Below, one piece after another: positions 60,270 to 64,000 of a stretch of DNA of 64,000 bases. The DNA comes from Mytilus edulis (lineage: Eukaryota): positions 64,852,001-64,916,000 of the forward strand of contig NC_092348.1 in assembly GCF_963676685.1 (NCBI RefSeq). The letters run 5' to 3'. A program made the position numbers and the translations under genes. The stretch's first letter is position 1, and each line of letters opens with the position of its first letter. The notes under the pieces are model-generated. The model was not told the origin of the DNA, made no database searches, and was given only the letters and a program-made list of their open reading frames with translations.

Positions 60270-63200
60270 TTACCGTAAAACACATATTACAATAACGATA
60301 ATAACAATGACAACCACAATGACACCAATTACTATTCCTGCTATAGCCCCGCCAGCAAGTCCTGTAAAATAAAAATATTATTTAAACAATAATAATACAG
60401 AGTTTTTGTTTTTTGTATATAATTTGTATATAATTTGAGGAAAATATAGAATTTTTGGAGTCTTTAAGATATCAAATCATACTCTTTGTTTGTTCCAAAA
60501 AGTTACAAATCTCCAAATATTTGTTTTTGCGTCTAAATATCGTGACATTTCTAGAGTTCTATGCGTGATTTAAAACGCATGCATAATTTGTAGATTACAA
60601 ATATTTAACAAAAAAAAAGGCAACTGCTTTATAGTTGTTATGCTGCAATAATTGACAGACAAGACTCTCCTTCATCATATTTAGCCTATATGTAGGTATT
60701 GTACATATGTCTTACCTGATTTTTCCATCTCATCTGTAAATAGAAAACAGATATAACAATTTATGCAAAAACATATGAGTGGTGCTCGAATAGATCCAAT
60801 TGAAATTAAAAATCGATAATGAAGTTAATAATCATTTACTGTTTAACACTAGTTATCTTGTGACAGTTTCTGTTCAGTGTGAGCCAAGGCTCCGTGTTAA
60901 GAACCATACTTTGACCTATAACTGTTTAATATTTACATATTGTGATTTGGATGAGTTGTTTCATTGGCACACGTTCCACTTTTTTTCTTTATGTTTGAAA
61001 CCCAAAATTCTTGGATAGAAAAAACAAATATCACTGGAAGGTAAAAATCAAACAAAATCAAATCTAAAATCAATTCTTTTCATCATATTTGCTTCGTCTG
61101 AATTTTTATCACAGTTGTTACGATAATCGAGGGATGGAGTTTCCTAACATTATCTTATTGTTGGTAGGGGATTGCAGCTTGTTGGGTAAATATTCGTAAA
61201 GAAAGACGCGAAGTCATCTCTTCAGTTTTAACTTTTGTTTCTTTGTTTATACTCTCCTTTTAGATATATTTATTAATCAACATATGAATTAATATTACCT
61301 TTTTCGAGAATGCTTATAGAAAGGCTAACTGGCGTATCTTCTCCATGTGTACAAGTCCATTTTACACCATTTTCGTTTGAAGTTAAATCAGAGATAGCTA
61401 CATATATTCCTAACTGATTAGCGCTAAAATTGTATATTCCGGTCGATCCTATATCACAGAAAGGACGATTAGTACATGACGTCATACTCGTGTTGTTTCT
61501 ACTCCATGATGCAAGTTTGCTAAAGTCGGGAATGGAACAAGATATAGTACATGGGCTCCCTAGTACATGGCAATTAGTTTTTATAGCAAGTTGACCTAAA
61601 AAAACAAGTTGTAACTGCACTAGCATTCAATATATCAAATGTTTTATTTCCTTTTAAATATATAGTGTAAAATACTAAACATATTTCTTGTCTGCAAAGA
61701 GAAAAAAATATCTTGACATTGATATATTTCTTAATGTTCTTTTCCTTTGTATCCTTTAAAATAAGTTATAGTATATTCATCATCTTTGGTCATAAGTTGA
61801 TAATAAAAATATATTTTTTCATTGGATCGATTATTTGTAGTTTCGATTATTAACAAACTTGATTCCTGATGCTCCAGAATGACAATCCTGTAATTTTTTC
61901 ATTAAAACGAGAGGCCTTTAAACTACAGGTCAACAGACGAAATTATATTCAGAACAGAACCTGTTTTAAAAGTAGGAATGTAGTCCCCTCCCCTACAAAG
62001 TTGACCATAGACGTTTTTTGTCAAGCTCCTTTGTTTTTTAACAAACAAACTTGATGACGATTATTTAATGAATGTATGAAGTACGGTACGCACAAATCTA
62101 AATATGAATTTCTAGAAAGAAAAACTATGAAATATGTATTTTTTTTAGTTGAGACGTCAGATTGATACTTGCGTAACCTTTAAAACCATAAAGTAAGTAA
62201 GTTACATAACGGACGTTACAGTGTAACACCGTACATATCGATGTGCCTTTCCCAAGATTATAACCATGTCATTTAAATACTAGTAATTTAGCGTTAGATG
62301 CATATCTTGTGCTATGTTTTAAAAAATTATTCAAATATAATTTAAAACTTAAACGTTTAAAAGCACGATTGTCACAATACACTTAGCTTGCCAATTGTTG
62401 AAAGCACCTTGATATTCGATTTTTATGCATTTAGAATGATATTCGATTTTTCTACATTTAGAATGATATTCGATTTTGTTGCATTTAGAATGATATTCGA
62501 TTTTTCTACATTTAGAATGATATTCGATGTTTCTACATTTAGAATTATATTCGATGTTTCTACATTTAGAATGATATTCGATTTTGCTGCATTTAGAATG
62601 ATATTCGATTTTGCTGCATTTAGAATGATATTCGATGTTTTTGCATTTAGAATGAAATTCGATTTTGCTGCATTTAGAATGATATCCGATGTTTCTACAT
62701 TAAGAATGATATTCGATTTTGCTGCATTTAGAATGATATTCGATGTCTTTACATTTAGAATGATATTCATTTTTTTCTGCATTTAGAATGATATTCGAGG
62801 TTTCTACATTTAGAATGATTTTCGATGATTCTACATTTAGAATTATATTCGATTTTGCTGCATTTAGAATGATATTCGATTTTTCTATATTTAAAATGAT
62901 ATTCGATTTTTCTACATTTAGAATGATATTCTATGTTTCTACCTTTAGAATGATATTCGATTTTGCTGCATTTAGAATGATATTCGATTTGTCTACATTT
63001 AGAATGATATGCGATGTTTCTACATTTAGAATGATATTCGATTTTGCTGCATTTAGAATGATAATCGATTTTCTACATTTAGAATGATATTCGATATTTC
63101 TACATTTAGAATGATATTCGATGTTTAGATATTCGATTTTTGTGCATTTAGAATGATATTTGAATTTTCTACATTCAGAATGATATTCGATTTTTCTGCA

Positions 63201-63470
63201 TTTAGATGTAAATCTACCTTCTTTGATCTCTAGCGTGCATATCAAAAAGTCTTTAAGTACTAATGAATTTCAAATTGATTGGTAAAATGTATGTGCAATT
63301 AAAGTTGTCAATAGGTCATTGGTCAGTATATTAAACATGTTAAAGGTAGTGGGGATAATTACAAAAAAAACCTTAATATCAACAGGATCATTTCATCTAG
63401 ATGTTAACTGACCTAATGTTAACACTAAGGTCTGCATACACAAGATCCAATATAAACAGTATGCAGACAT
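60270..63470 (-). CDS. IgB: paralog of IgA, 154 aa as read, with a stop immediately after the TM; exons 63470-63413, 61595-61299, 60733-60716, 60361-60270
   Basis: MSAYCLYWILCMQTLVLTLG; 297-nt Ig exon; 18-nt microexon DEMEKS; TM GLAGGAIAGIVIGVIVVVIVIIVIVICVL then R-TAA. The true 3' end is uncertain. Confidence 0.78.
61299..61595 (-). CDS. IgB Ig-like domain exon
   Basis: tttttttag|GT CAA CTT GCT ... GAA AAA G|gtaata; lies within ORF 61273..61626. Confidence 0.85.
62408..63206. repeat. 27-bp minisatellite, about 30 units, in IgB intron 1
   Basis: Unit atttagaatgatattcgattttgctgc and variant ...gatgtttctac; it produces the periodic ORFs at 62388-63245. Confidence 0.92.
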
Positions 63471-64000
63471 ATTTAACCTTCTTTTCTGTTATTTTCCTTG
63501 AATACACATATTAAGACTGAAATAAAAAACAAAAATTATAAAGTACATCAAGTACATATGTGCATTTATGCTTTCCACTTCTTAACCGTTAACAATAATA
63601 TTTTTAAAGTCAGGAGCACGTAGTTCAGTGGTAGTCGTTGTTTCATGTCTATCATATTTTTTTTCTTAAGTTGTTTTTCTATTAAATAGGCTTTTAGTTT
63701 ATCCGTTTGATTAGTTCACAATTTCAAGTAAGGGCACTTTATTGACAAGTATACGGAATGGGGTTGTCTCATTACTGAAGACCGTACGGTGTTCTCTAAA
63801 GCTTAATGCCATTTCATTTTAACTACTGTGGTTTTATCGGCTTCATTTGACTCTTTTAGAACGACTGTTTTTAAAAGTTACTAGTAAATGCTACCCATGT
63901 AATCAATTTCATTGTTTCATTGCATGTTTTGTGGTTATAGGGTGATGTTATCGGATTTCAAATTAAATACCAACTTACAGTTTCCTTCCAGAATTATCAC

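Noticed and set aside
62388-63245. Repetitive ORFs and CRISPR-like regularity
   Set aside because: Contiguous 27-bp units with no unique spacers and no cas genes, in an intron; the ORFs arise because the unit is a multiple of 3.

Overview
AT-rich, intron-containing animal DNA. The gene families and repeats point to a bivalve mollusc, most likely a mytilid mussel (inferred, not verified). + strand: a tandem cluster of secreted tyrosinase-like (type-3 copper) genes with a shared 4-exon layout (intron phases 0,0,2). It comprises the last exon of gene T1 (150-1020), pseudogene T2 (9187-14612), an orphan promoter remnant (~15.6-17.3 kb), T3 (22907-26668, exon-2 acceptor reads TG instead of AG) and intact T4 (35616-42867). 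- strand: two paralogous small type-I membrane proteins (signal peptide, one 6-Cys Ig-like domain, 18-nt microexon, TM), IgA 49247-53087 and IgB 60270-63470; IgB stops right after its TM. The rest is dense with repeats: decayed Penelope-like RT fragments, an L1/Tx1 3' end, MITEs and minisatellites. The most striking signal is in the short SINE-like repeats, which appear to carry ribozymes. There are (i) ~355-nt retrozyme-type units with minimal type-I hammerheads, (ii) many copies of a P5-permuted twister fold whose two pseudoknots covary between families and whose P1 region is replaced by two short palindromes, suggesting dimer-dependent cleavage, and (iii) a further covarying RNA motif I cannot assign. 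All RNA folds were read by eye; no search or folding program was run.
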